A stretch of 64,000 bases of DNA from the NCBI GenBank assembly GCA_030748415.1, contig JASMMA010000014.1:180-64179 (forward strand), read 5' to 3'. Source of the DNA: Planctomycetota bacterium (GTDB taxonomy: Bacteria > Planctomycetota > UBA1135). The position numbers and the translations under genes were made by a program. Position 1 is the stretch's first letter. Every line of letters begins with the position of its first letter. The notes below the pieces were generated by a model. That model saw only the letters and a program-made list of their open reading frames with translations. It was not told the DNA's origin and ran no database searches. Positions 10,436 through 20,018 of the stretch are shown here, in pieces.

Positions 10436-11773
10436 TCAGCCCTCCCTTTCGATTTGGGTCAACATGTCTCGCAACAACGATGTAACTTCAGTTTTGGATT
10501 GGTCCAAATACTCGCAAAGAGCTAGATCTTCTTCGGCAACTTCCAAAACACCTAACTTTTCGGACATTTCTAAATCGCCGGAGGCGAGGGCCTTAATGAG
10601 TTGAGTCGGCATGATGTCCATGGGCATGACTTCTTCCCATGAACCAATCGGAACAATCGCACGGTGGCTCCCGTTCATGTTGGTGTCGTACTTGTGCTTT
10701 TTTCGGAAGAGTTTGCCAAGAGCCGTATGAGTGAAAGTGTGGCGAGAGCCGATGGGGTTTGCCCACCCAACAAATTCCTTTTCGGGGGCATCGCTTAGCA
10801 CGCACATTTGATTCGCGCGGGAACCCAGGAATCCAGTGGGGGAATCTGGGTCAGCTAAATCGCCGGAGAGAGCCGAGCCTGACAAAACACGCACCTTTTC
10901 AGTGATGTTATGAGCCTGAATAAGCTTAATCGTGCAGGTGCCACGGCGAACGCGAGCAAGTGCGGGCTGGTTCATTGCCGGCCCAACAACAGCCACGACT
11001 CGGGTGGTCGGAAGTTGGCCGGTTTGAACTAGGTGGCCGATTTCAGCGACTTCCTGGTAGCCAATGTTCCAAACGCACTTGTTTTGACCGACAGGGTCTA
11101 GGGCATTGATGTGCACACCAGCATTTCCAGCAGGATGGGGGCCGGTGAATTCATGTTGCTCAACTCCATCGACCAGCATGGCGGACCAATCTTCTCCTTT
11201 GCCAGTGCAAAGGAAAGTTTTTGGTGCCAATTTTGTAAGAACACCTAGGCCAGTTTTGAATGCATCTTCGCGTCCAGCTAGAACCGCCAAAGGTGGGGCA
11301 GCTAATGGATGGGTGTCTGCTGCCGTAACAAAAAGTGAAGCGGGGTCAGCAGAACTCTCAGCAACTTTGTCAAAGGGCCGTTGCCGCAACAAAGTCCAAA
11401 GCCCAGAGCGTTGGAGATTCTTTGCAATGGAATCGCGATCGTTCCAGGATAGGGTTCCCCAATCTTCTTGGGCGTCGCCATCGAGATCTACGACAACGGA
11501 AAGAACCATTCGGCGGAAGCCACGATTGACTGCGGAAACGGTTCCAGCGCCGGGTGAAGTGAAAAGGACATCGGGGTCGCGTTTGTCGCAGAAAAGAGGC
11601 GTGCCAACTTTGACAGCGTCGCCTTCTTGGACGAGCATTTTGACTTTGATGCCGTGGGCTTCCTGGGGGAGGGCGGCAACTTGGGGTACCGACGGCGCAT
11701 CTCGAATCTCGGTCGATTCAAGGCCACCGTGCAGTGGGATGTTGAAACCCTTGCGGATGGTATGGACACTCAT
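10436..11773 (-). CDS. nqrA: Na+-NQR subunit A
   Basis: IRKGFNIPL, FTSPGAG, RQRPF, GPHPAG, EEDLALC; start at MSVHTIRK. Confidence 0.95.
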   Translation of the reverse strand: MSVHTIRKGFNIPLHGGLESTEIRDAPSVPQVAALPQEAHGIKVKMLVQEGDAVKVGTPLFCDKRDPDVLFTSPGAGTVSAVNRGFRRMVLSVVVDLDGDAQEDWGTLSWNDRDSIAKNLQRSGLWTLLRQRPFDKVAESSADPASLFVTAADTHPLAAPPLAVLAGREDAFKTGLGVLTKLAPKTFLCTGKGEDWSAMLVDGVEQHEFTGPHPAGNAGVHINALDPVGQNKCVWNIGYQEVAEIGHLVQTGQLPTTRVVAVVGPAMNQPALARVRRGTCTIKLIQAHNITEKVRVLSGSALSGDLADPDSPTGFLGSRANQMCVLSDAPEKEFVGWANPIGSRHTFTHTALGKLFRKKHKYDTNMNGSHRAIVPIGSWEEVMPMDIMPTQLIKALASGDLEMSEKLGVLEVAEEDLALCEYLDQSKTEVTSLLRDMLTQIEREG

Positions 11774-11841
11774 CAGAGGCTGGGGGTAAGTGGATTTGCA
11801 CCTTTCCCCACTGAGGGTGGGGGGAGGCACTTTGGGGCTGG

Positions 11842-11847
11842 ATTGTA
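11842..11847 (-). promoter_or_regulatory. Candidate -10 hexamer (TACAAT) for the nqr operon
   Basis: TACAAT on the minus strand about 70 nt upstream of nqrA, in the divergent nqrA/htrA gap. Confidence 0.35.
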
Positions 11848-11889
11848 GTCACGCCCGCCCCCTTTGATAACCTGTGAAACGCAAAACCC

Positions 11890-12930
11890 ATGACCATTCT
11901 TCGCCCCATTCTTCTGTTCGTTTTTCTGGTCGCCATTTTGTGGATTCGGCCCGCCACGACCCACCTTCCTGAGGGTCCTAGTTCCTTGGAAAACCTATCC
12001 CAAGCCACCGAAGAGCTGGCCTCGGATGCCCTTTTGGCGACGGTGTTTCTGCGGGTGGACCAGGGGGCCGGTTCGGCTGGCCACGGGGAGCAACATGGGG
12101 CTGGGACGGGATTCATCCTGGATGCCATGAGGGGTTTGGTGGTGACCAATAATCATGTGGTGGGGGATTTAAGCTCCCGCATGCGGGTCACTTTGAATGA
12201 TGGCCGCCAGTTTTACGGCGATCCCGTGGCCGCAGACCCGAAAACTGATCTCGCGGTGGTTCGAATCCCCGAAGGAGTCGCGAGGCGGCAGTTGCGGTGG
12301 GGCTCCAGCGACCAAATGGTGCCCGGGAGTTGGGTCATGGCCCTAGGAAACCCCCTTGGGCTAACGGGCACGACTTCCTTGGGGGTCGTTTCGGGGCTGA
12401 ATCGTGAGCTGGGATTGACCCAGGATTCCTATGAGGATTTTCTCCAGCACGATGCCTTTATTGACCATGGCTCCTCGGGTGGGCCTCTTTTGAACATGCG
12501 CGGCGAGGTGGTGGGGGTGAATACCGCCATTGGCGGCTCCCTTCAGCGCGACGCTTGGCAGGGCATTTCCTATGCCGTCCCCGCCCGCATGGCGAGCCGA
12601 GTCGTGGCCGATCTCATCCAGCATGGGAAGGTGCGGCGAGGTTGGCTGGGGGTGGCAACCAGCGATTTAGAGTTTGGCGATGCCCGCAATCAAGGGATGG
12701 AGTTCCCCGGCGGAGCAATCGTGACCAAGCTTGTGAAAGATTCACCCGCCGCCACAGCGGGTTTGAAGAAGGGCGACATCATTCTTGAGCTAGACGGCAT
12801 GCGCATCCGCTCCGCCGCCCACCTCCGCGCCCGAGTTGGCACCGTCGCCCCTGGCAGCATCGCCCAATTCAAAATCCGCCGCGGCCGCTCCACTTTGGAT
12901 TTAAAGGTCGCGATTCGAGAGAAGGAGTGA
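11890..12930 (+). CDS. HtrA/DegS-like trypsin serine protease with one PDZ domain
   Basis: GTGFI, TNNHVV (His), DLAVV (Asp), HGSSGGPL (Ser); RGWLGV linker; PDZ SPAATAGLKKGDII. Confidence 0.93.
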   Translation: MTILRPILLFVFLVAILWIRPATTHLPEGPSSLENLSQATEELASDALLATVFLRVDQGAGSAGHGEQHGAGTGFILDAMRGLVVTNNHVVGDLSSRMRVTLNDGRQFYGDPVAADPKTDLAVVRIPEGVARRQLRWGSSDQMVPGSWVMALGNPLGLTGTTSLGVVSGLNRELGLTQDSYEDFLQHDAFIDHGSSGGPLLNMRGEVVGVNTAIGGSLQRDAWQGISYAVPARMASRVVADLIQHGKVRRGWLGVATSDLEFGDARNQGMEFPGGAIVTKLVKDSPAATAGLKKGDIILELDGMRIRSAAHLRARVGTVAPGSIAQFKIRRGRSTLDLKVAIREKE

Positions 12931-13145
12931 GGGCTTGGGTGAAGGTGGCTAATTAGGAATCCCTAAGGCAATCGGAATCCATATATATAGATTGATTTCA
13001 TTTCAACAATGGAGTAAAATTTAGGCACATCAAGACTCACGCGAGGGTTCCGGCCCGTTGACCGTGGGGGCAACCTGATTCGTTCAAGGTGCCAATGCCG
13101 GATTCGATGCGGTCGCCCGCCGTTTGATAGGGCAGCAAAACGAAC

Positions 13146-13559
13146 ATGAGACATTCCTACTTAACGGACAAGAATTGTCCAGACTTCCTTCGTGACTGGA
13201 TGATTCGCAAAGACAACGAATACACAGGCAAGCTGCACATCCACATGCGCATGCACGCCTGTTACTGGCGGAAATTTCCCATCTCCGCAGATTGGAGCCA
13301 AGAAAAAAAGATTGCTACGGCCCTGGAGCATCGCGGAGCTTGCAAATTTACCTGCGTGATTCCAATTTCTTCGCTCTTAAGACTCTATGTGCTCAGCACC
13401 GAATGGTGCGTTTCTTGGTTTAACCAGTATGGAGCCATGACTCACCATCAGGATCCCTATGACGACGCTATGCACAAGTTGCTTCGGACATACGCCGAAG
13501 AAAGTGGACAAGTCATCTTGGAATCCGGCCCACTACCCGAACTCGAACAAAAATCATGA
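13146..13559 (+). CDS. Hypothetical protein
   Basis: 137-aa ATG-started ORF filling an otherwise empty gap; no recognisable motif. Confidence 0.45.
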   Translation: MRHSYLTDKNCPDFLRDWMIRKDNEYTGKLHIHMRMHACYWRKFPISADWSQEKKIATALEHRGACKFTCVIPISSLLRLYVLSTEWCVSWFNQYGAMTHHQDPYDDAMHKLLRTYAEESGQVILESGPLPELEQKS

Positions 13560-13737
13560 GCTAGGGTTTAACTTCGCAAAGAGGAAGGCATCTTGGTATC
13601 GACCTTCATGGAGGATGAGGCCTTTGCTGGTGCCTTCCTTTTTGTACCCGGCTTTTACAGCGACTTGCTGGAGCGGAGTATGAGAGTGGGTATGAATCTT
13701 AAAATTGAAGAGCCCTGTACATCGGCGCTAGAAATGC

Positions 13738-13771
13738 GAAAACCCCGCGACCCGAAAGCCGCAGGGTTTTC
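13738..13771 (-). terminator. Intrinsic terminator downstream of the TatD/EboB-like gene
   Basis: Minus strand reads CCCUGCGGC-UUUCGG-GUCGCGGGG-UUUUCGCAUUU; the G-U pairs form only on the minus strand. Confidence 0.7.
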
Positions 13772-13861
13772 ATCCCCTGGAATCATTCCCCTGGAGAAAA
13801 GAATGGGTTTGATTGCCAACCCTCTTTAGGGCTTGGCCCAAGCGAAGTAACCCAATAATTG

Positions 13862-14680
13862 CTAGGCGAAGACCTTTTCTTCCCCTTCAGGGAGAGCAAG
13901 CCGGTCAGCACCGTAAAAGGCCACAGGATTATCCCAGACCAGTTTCTGGATTTGGGCAGGGTCGCCGCCAAGCCGTTCAATATGGGAGGCAGTCTTCACT
14001 ACTGCCATCGGATCGGACTTTCCCCAATCGCCAGACGAGTTTACGGTCATGCGTTCGACACCGAATTCAAAGAAGATGTTGGCGAAGCGCTCCTTGGTGA
14101 GCTTGGTTTCAGGATACACCGTGTGGCCCGCCCAATAGCCGGCATCCAGAATCATTTTGGTCGTTTCTTCGGTGGAGTGATCCACTACGGTTTTGCTTTT
14201 GTCTACACCCATGTCATTCAGAACCGCAATCGTGCGCTCGGTACCCCTGGCTTTATCGCGATGGGGAGTATGCACCATGATGGGTAGGTCAAAATCCATT
14301 GCCATTTTTATTTGGGAGATAAATGCCTTCTCTTCAGCATCGGAAATGGAGTCGTAGCCCAGCTCGCCCACGGCAACACAACCGGGGTGTTGCAAAAATT
14401 CAGGCAACATTTCCAAAACTTCTGCAGCAAGGGATTCATCGTTGGCTTCCTTGGGATTAAGACCAATGGTGCAGCGATGTTCGATTCCAAAATTGCTCGC
14501 GCGTTCCCGCTCCCATTCCAGAATAGTCAAAAAATAATCCCGAAAAGTGCCCACGCTGGTGCGCGGTTGCCCGAGCCAAAAAGATGGTTCCACGACAGCG
14601 CGAACGCCAGCCTGGTACATGTTTTCGTAATCGTCAGTCGTGCGGGAAACGCAGTGAATGTGAGGGTCGAGGTATCGCAT
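13862..14680 (-). CDS. TatD-family metallohydrolase (EboB-like)
   Basis: DPHIHCVSRTTDDY, EPSFWLGQPRT, GLNPKEAN, HTPHRDK, DWGKSDP match the EboB subfamily as I recall it. Confidence 0.85.
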   Translation of the reverse strand: MRYLDPHIHCVSRTTDDYENMYQAGVRAVVEPSFWLGQPRTSVGTFRDYFLTILEWERERASNFGIEHRCTIGLNPKEANDESLAAEVLEMLPEFLQHPGCVAVGELGYDSISDAEEKAFISQIKMAMDFDLPIMVHTPHRDKARGTERTIAVLNDMGVDKSKTVVDHSTEETTKMILDAGYWAGHTVYPETKLTKERFANIFFEFGVERMTVNSSGDWGKSDPMAVVKTASHIERLGGDPAQIQKLVWDNPVAFYGADRLALPEGEEKVFA

Positions 14681-14718
14681 GGATTTGGGAAAGTCTAACG
14701 GGGGAAATGGGAATTAGT

Positions 14719-17187
14719 TCAACTGTCCTCAGAGGATGCTTGTTTTTCCTTTGCTTCCCCCTTTTGGTCCTTTTCGTACCGATCGAGTGCCTTTTCAACC
14801 TGGTCCATGACGCTTTCTGCAGACCAGCCGCCTTTGCCGCGCTTGCCGGCGGGCAGGCCGGTAAGGAGGGAAATGCCCTCGTCCACGGTGCGAACTGCCC
14901 AAATGTGAAAGCGACCCGCTTTGCATGCTTCCAGCACCTTGTCCTGAAGCATGAGGTTATCTATGTTAGCGGCCGGAATTAAAACGCCTTGTTTCCCCGT
15001 GAGTCCGCGGGCGGAACACAAGTCAAAGAAGCCGGTTATTTTTTCGTTGACCCCTCCAATCGCAAGAATTTCTCCGGTCATGCTTACTGCACCCGTGACT
15101 GCTAAATCTTGGCGGAGTGGAATTCCCGAAATGGCAGAAAGTAATGCGTAAACCTCGGTAGAGGACGCAGAGTCACCATCAATGGGGCCATAACTTTGGT
15201 CAAAGGCGAGCGTCGCCTTGATGGGCAAGCTGCGTTTTTGGCCGAAGCGATTCCGAAGAAAGGCCTCGAGCAATAAAACACCTTTGTTGTGAATCGGACC
15301 GCTCAAATCTACATCTCGTTCTACATTGATGCAGGAATCGTCGCCCGCCGAAACCGATGCACTAATGCGGGCCACGCGGCCCGAATTTAAAGGACCTAAG
15401 TTCACGACGGTCAAGCCATTGATGCTCCCCACTCGGGTTCCCGAGGTTGCGATTTCAAAAATGCCATCCAAAACGGAACGCCGGCTCCATTCGGTTTCCA
15501 CATCATGTTGATGGCGGAATTGTTGCCGCCCTAAATCAACGGCAGCTCGGTCAATGCGGCGCTTTTTGTTTTTACTTGCCCAGTAAGAAGCTTCGCGGGC
15601 GTAGTCAAAAAGGTCATGAACGCAGGCCGAGATACGATTTTGGCGACCCGCATCATTGACCGCCCGTTCAACAAGAGCTTGGAGACCCGAAGTGGAAAAG
15701 GGGAGCAACCCGCTTTCCGAGGCGAGGTCTCGAAGGGCGCGACAAAGGCGGCCCACGTTTCGGCGTTGAAGGGGAAGGTTGTCATCAAATTCAGCTTTGA
15801 CTTTGAAAATGTCTCTAAAGTCAAAATCCGAATCGTGAAGAGTGTCGTACAAGTCATTGTCGCCAACTAGGACAACTTTCAGGTCAAAGGGGGCAGGCTC
15901 TGGGCGGACGCCTGTGACCCCTAATGGGGAGATACTTTCAAGGGCATGGATTTCCAAAACATGGTTTTGGAGGCACCGTTTGAGGACTCGCCAAACTTCG
16001 GCCTCTTTGAAAACATCGCGTGCATTGAGGACCAAAACGCCCCCGTCTGCGGCGAGCAAAGACCCGGGTCGAACCGCAAGGTGGAAAAAACCAGGGCCTG
16101 CCCGCAACCTGCGCCGCTCAACGACACCAAAAAGATTAGAGTAATTCGGGTGGAGTTCGAAAACAGTTGGGCAGCCTTCTTCGTTAACCGTGCGTACAAC
16201 ATTCACTTCAAAAACTTCTAAGCCAATGGGTTCACTGTCTGAGCCAGAATCTTCATCATCATCTTCGTGTCGGCGAAAAAGATGAAGGTTGTTCAAGGCA
16301 AATCCAGCACAATCGCCCTGCCAAGCTGCGAGTTCTTCATCAGCACCAAGTTCTTCAGCTGCGGCAATGGTGAGGCCACGAACCAGGTCTTGCGTGCGAA
16401 GTTCATCAAGGCGCTGCACTTCTCGGCTCAAACGGAGACCGATTAGCCGTGCCTTATGACTGGCCTTGGAAAGTTGGACGCGAAGACCTTCTCTTGTAAG
16501 AGCCATCCGGCGCAACTTTGCATCTGAAGGGCGCTCCTTTTTGTCCAGAGAGGCCGCCTTTTCAATGGAGATAGCTTCTTCCCCAACCGGAAGGAAAAAG
16601 TCGGGTCGCGTGCCTTGGTCATCTTCGACTTGAACCAGAACCAATCCAGCTGTTTCGGCGCGCTTGGAAAGGCGTCGGAAAAGTTGCTCTTCGGCAACGG
16701 CGTAGCGCCGAAATAGTTTGTTGCGTCGGTTGAGATGTTCTTCCGTTTCGAGGGCGCGAGGGATTTCGCGTTGTAGGGCAGCAACCCAATCCTGCATGGC
16801 GCTTGCAAGTTCAGGGCCGCCACCAGCAGGCAAGGACATGTGTTGGGGGCGAACAGGGTCTGCAAAGTTGTGCAAATAAACGTGGTCCTGCAGGCGAGGG
16901 CAGGAAAACCGAACGCGATCCAGAAGGGGGCGCAGGTTGTCAAACTTTTCTCCACCCTCCAGGCCGGCAACAAAGATGTTGTAGCCCGGAGAATCCACAG
17001 CTAAGCCCATTTCTAAAGCTTCCAGTGCGCGGTCTTGTCCAATAAAGGCAGAAAGAGGATCGCTGGAGCTTTTTGTATTTTTTGCCTTGGGAATCCAGGA
17101 AGCAGGGCAATTCCAGCGGAGTTCAGATGGGCGAATTGTGCGGGGGGAAGGGGATACCTTTGCCTTCTTTGGGGAGCGAGCTGCCAT
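14719..17187 (-). CDS. Lon-like protease, LonC/AAA_32 type
   Basis: IGQDRA, PGYNIFV, PGSLLAADGG, FKVKAEF; Ser-Lys dyad DGDSAS...IGGVNEKI; coiled-coil insertion. Confidence 0.92.
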   Translation of the reverse strand: MAARSPKKAKVSPSPRTIRPSELRWNCPASWIPKAKNTKSSSDPLSAFIGQDRALEALEMGLAVDSPGYNIFVAGLEGGEKFDNLRPLLDRVRFSCPRLQDHVYLHNFADPVRPQHMSLPAGGGPELASAMQDWVAALQREIPRALETEEHLNRRNKLFRRYAVAEEQLFRRLSKRAETAGLVLVQVEDDQGTRPDFFLPVGEEAISIEKAASLDKKERPSDAKLRRMALTREGLRVQLSKASHKARLIGLRLSREVQRLDELRTQDLVRGLTIAAAEELGADEELAAWQGDCAGFALNNLHLFRRHEDDDEDSGSDSEPIGLEVFEVNVVRTVNEEGCPTVFELHPNYSNLFGVVERRRLRAGPGFFHLAVRPGSLLAADGGVLVLNARDVFKEAEVWRVLKRCLQNHVLEIHALESISPLGVTGVRPEPAPFDLKVVLVGDNDLYDTLHDSDFDFRDIFKVKAEFDDNLPLQRRNVGRLCRALRDLASESGLLPFSTSGLQALVERAVNDAGRQNRISACVHDLFDYAREASYWASKNKKRRIDRAAVDLGRQQFRHQHDVETEWSRRSVLDGIFEIATSGTRVGSINGLTVVNLGPLNSGRVARISASVSAGDDSCINVERDVDLSGPIHNKGVLLLEAFLRNRFGQKRSLPIKATLAFDQSYGPIDGDSASSTEVYALLSAISGIPLRQDLAVTGAVSMTGEILAIGGVNEKITGFFDLCSARGLTGKQGVLIPAANIDNLMLQDKVLEACKAGRFHIWAVRTVDEGISLLTGLPAGKRGKGGWSAESVMDQVEKALDRYEKDQKGEAKEKQASSEDS

Positions 17188-17209
17188 TGGCCCATCCTAC
17201 GATTGCGGC

Positions 17210-19315
17210 TTAACGAAGGCGCAGTTGCTGGTTTTGAAAGCCTAGAAGAGCAGCTTTTGCAGGACCGATAGAGTCGGTTGCTCCAAGGGACTCAAATGCC
17301 CGAAGAGCTTCGCTTTGGATTGCGACAGCTTGCCTCCAATCGCCTAGAACCGCGAACGCCGAAGCGCGAAGCTCCATTAAGTTGGGGTCTTGATAAAGGA
17401 CCTCTCCAAACACGCTCAAAAGTTGGAGCGCCTTTTGGCCGTTCCGGATTTGGGGGTCGGGACAAGTAGCGTAAAGCCCAGCCATGCTCAAGCGAGCAGG
17501 AAGGAGTTCCGGCTGAAGTTCGAGGGCCTGTTGAAATGCTTCCAGAGATTTTCTTGGGTCCTCTTTCTCAAAGAGAAATCCCATGTTCAGCCAAGCCGGT
17601 GCAAAGTCCGGACGAAGCTCAAGCGATTTTTGGTACCAAGATTCCGCCTCAGGGATTTGGTTCAGTGCTGCGCATATATTGCCGATGCCAGATGGGGATT
17701 CCCAATCGGCGGGTTCCAGTTCGACGGCCTTAAGGAAGGCCAGCTTTGCTTCTTCGAGCTTTCCGTTTTCAGCGAGGGCCACCGCCAGACTCCGTTGCGC
17801 GTAGGCGCTTAGAGGTTGAGAGTCAGCGGATTCCTGAAGAATGGAAAGACCTTCTTTTTCTTGTCCAGCACGGCGCAAGGCATGGCCGAGGCTGGGGCCG
17901 GCATCAGGGAAACCAGCGACCCAAGATTTGCGGTAGGAATCGATGGCCGAAGTCCAATTGCTTTCTTGTTCGTGCAAGGAACCAAGCTTGTTCCAAAATG
18001 CGGGCCGAAATGAAGTCGCATCGCTTTGGAAAAGGAAAGGGAGAAGAACGCCCGCTGAAACCCAGGCTGCCCCGCTTCGGAGTGGAGTTCGAGCATTGCC
18101 GGAATAAAAAAGCCAAGTCCCAAGAACGGTGCAAATCGGAAGAGCTGCCATTCGGTATCGCGGCGAATAGAAAAAGATGATGACCGTCAGGAGTGGAATG
18201 CCCATGCAGAGAAATTCGGCAAAACCGAATGAGCCGCGCCGCCGTAAGAAGAAAGCAGCGAGTAATGCTGGCACTAGGAGGAATGCGCCGAATCCCACTG
18301 GGCCTGGAGCGGAAGAAAGATTGGCCTCTTTTTCAAGCCGGGCTTGGTAGATGTCCCCGTACCCATATTCAGTAAAGAAAAACAGAATTTTTTTGCCGAC
18401 CGATGCAATAGATGCGAAAGGATGTTCAGCCCAAGATTGAAGACCGCGCTTGAAGAAGAAAGTGGAGGTCGCTGACCAAGAGGTTTCCCCGGTTTGTTCG
18501 GCAACGAAGTGAAGAGCGTCCAGGTTTTGTTTTTGCCGTTCGCCGCTAACCTCGGATACGGGGCGGTACAGACCGTCCGATGGATAACTGTTTCCGTGTG
18601 CGAACGTTAGCCCTGCTTGACCACTAATGGGAATCCACTCACCGCAAGCTTGGTAGTTATGTAGGGATATTGGAAGAAGGAGGAGTATTCCCATTCCAAG
18701 GGCGCGAAACGATGCGCCGCGGCCGAGTTTTCGGTGAAGCCATATGGGAATGGCTATCACCGCAAGAAGGAAGGGGGGATTTGCAAGTGCGTTGAGCCCC
18801 GCTACCAAGCCCAGCCGATAGGGTCGCAGAGAGGGGGAGCTGAGTTGAGACCAAAGCAAAGTTGCAAGGAAGAGTTGAAGGGTTCCATTCAGAACTCTCC
18901 CCGTCACGAGCCACGGGTCGGGCAAAAATAAGAAGAACGCGGTTGCCAACAGTGCGGCGTGGTAGCTGGATTTTTCCGGCAAGGATTTGGAATAGAAACG
19001 GAACGCGGCTCGGCCCAATAGAAAAGCAGTCCCGGCCCAGAGGAAAGTTTGGATAAGGAAAAGGGAAAAAAGGTCCCCACCCAAACCTCGAACAATCGCC
19101 ACCAATCCAAGGTAGAGCGGGGCAGAGAGGAAGGGGGTAGAGAGCTGAAAACCATTCTCCCAAAGAGCCAGACCGTCCGTCCAGGCAGCAGCAGCATCCT
19201 CTATGGGGATTCTGGTGAAAGGGTTGTTTTCCCATTCTTGGGAGAGCAGCACCCACCGAACAGCCACCATCAGGAGGCAAATCCCCAAAAAAGGAAGGCG
19301 GTGGTTCTTTTCCAT
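17210..19315 (-). CDS. Polytopic GT-C (ArnT/PMT-like) membrane protein with C-terminal TPR repeats
   Basis: Many TM helices, PFLSAPLY, GLTFAHGN, PRYRM; TPR repeats (AFLKAVELEP, YQKSLELRP, FQQALELQP). Confidence 0.75.
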   Translation of the reverse strand: MEKNHRLPFLGICLLMVAVRWVLLSQEWENNPFTRIPIEDAAAAWTDGLALWENGFQLSTPFLSAPLYLGLVAIVRGLGGDLFSLFLIQTFLWAGTAFLLGRAAFRFYSKSLPEKSSYHAALLATAFFLFLPDPWLVTGRVLNGTLQLFLATLLWSQLSSPSLRPYRLGLVAGLNALANPPFLLAVIAIPIWLHRKLGRGASFRALGMGILLLLPISLHNYQACGEWIPISGQAGLTFAHGNSYPSDGLYRPVSEVSGERQKQNLDALHFVAEQTGETSWSATSTFFFKRGLQSWAEHPFASIASVGKKILFFFTEYGYGDIYQARLEKEANLSSAPGPVGFGAFLLVPALLAAFFLRRRGSFGFAEFLCMGIPLLTVIIFFYSPRYRMAALPICTVLGTWLFYSGNARTPLRSGAAWVSAGVLLPFLFQSDATSFRPAFWNKLGSLHEQESNWTSAIDSYRKSWVAGFPDAGPSLGHALRRAGQEKEGLSILQESADSQPLSAYAQRSLAVALAENGKLEEAKLAFLKAVELEPADWESPSGIGNICAALNQIPEAESWYQKSLELRPDFAPAWLNMGFLFEKEDPRKSLEAFQQALELQPELLPARLSMAGLYATCPDPQIRNGQKALQLLSVFGEVLYQDPNLMELRASAFAVLGDWRQAVAIQSEALRAFESLGATDSIGPAKAALLGFQNQQLRLR

Positions 19316-19398
19316 CTACTTTTCTACGAATGAAGTGTATCCTCGCTTGAGCCTCTCTTAGAATGTCCTAAAAAGGTGGAAACCCGAAAACCATAAAC

Positions 19399-19992
19399 AT
19401 GACTTACGAACTTCCTGAACTTCCTTACGCTTCTGACGCCCTTGAACCTCATATCAGTGCTGAAACTTTCAGCTATCACCATGGCAAGCACCACGCCGCA
19501 TATGTGAATAAGCTGAACGAAATGACTGGTGGCGATGACTCAAAAACGCTAGAGGAACTGATTCGCACGGCAGATGGCGGGCTCTTCAACCAAGCTGCCC
19601 AAGTTTGGAACCACACTTTCTACTGGTCTTGCATGGCCCCTGGTGGGGGCGGTGCCCCTTCAGGCGACCTGGCCGATGCGATTACTCGAGACTTTGGTTC
19701 TTTTGATGAATTTACGACTCAGTTTAAGGCGGCAGCGGCTGGTCAGTTTGGCTCAGGCTGGGCTTGGCTTTGCTGGAATGGTTCTGCCCTGGAAATTTGC
19801 ACAAGCGCCAATGCTGGCAACCCAATGACCGATGGTAAGACTCCATTGCTCACCTGCGATGTTTGGGAACATGCCTACTATGTTGATTTCCGCAACGCCC
19901 GCCCAAAGTACTTGGAGACATTCTTTGAAAGTCTTGTGAACTGGGAGTTTGTGGCCGCCAACTACGCAACCTGCGCCGCGGCGACGGCCTAG
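19399..19992 (+). CDS. sodB: Superoxide dismutase [Fe]
   Basis: LPYASDALEP, HHGKHH, AAQVWNH (Fe-type), GQFGSGWAW, DVWEHAYY. Confidence 0.97.
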   Translation: MTYELPELPYASDALEPHISAETFSYHHGKHHAAYVNKLNEMTGGDDSKTLEELIRTADGGLFNQAAQVWNHTFYWSCMAPGGGGAPSGDLADAITRDFGSFDEFTTQFKAAAAGQFGSGWAWLCWNGSALEICTSANAGNPMTDGKTPLLTCDVWEHAYYVDFRNARPKYLETFFESLVNWEFVAANYATCAAATA

Positions 19993-20018
19993 TTCACTTC
20001 CAATCTGTTGCGTCGGGA

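Noticed and set aside
11106-11789. 227-aa antisense ORF
   Set aside because: Shadow of nqrA.
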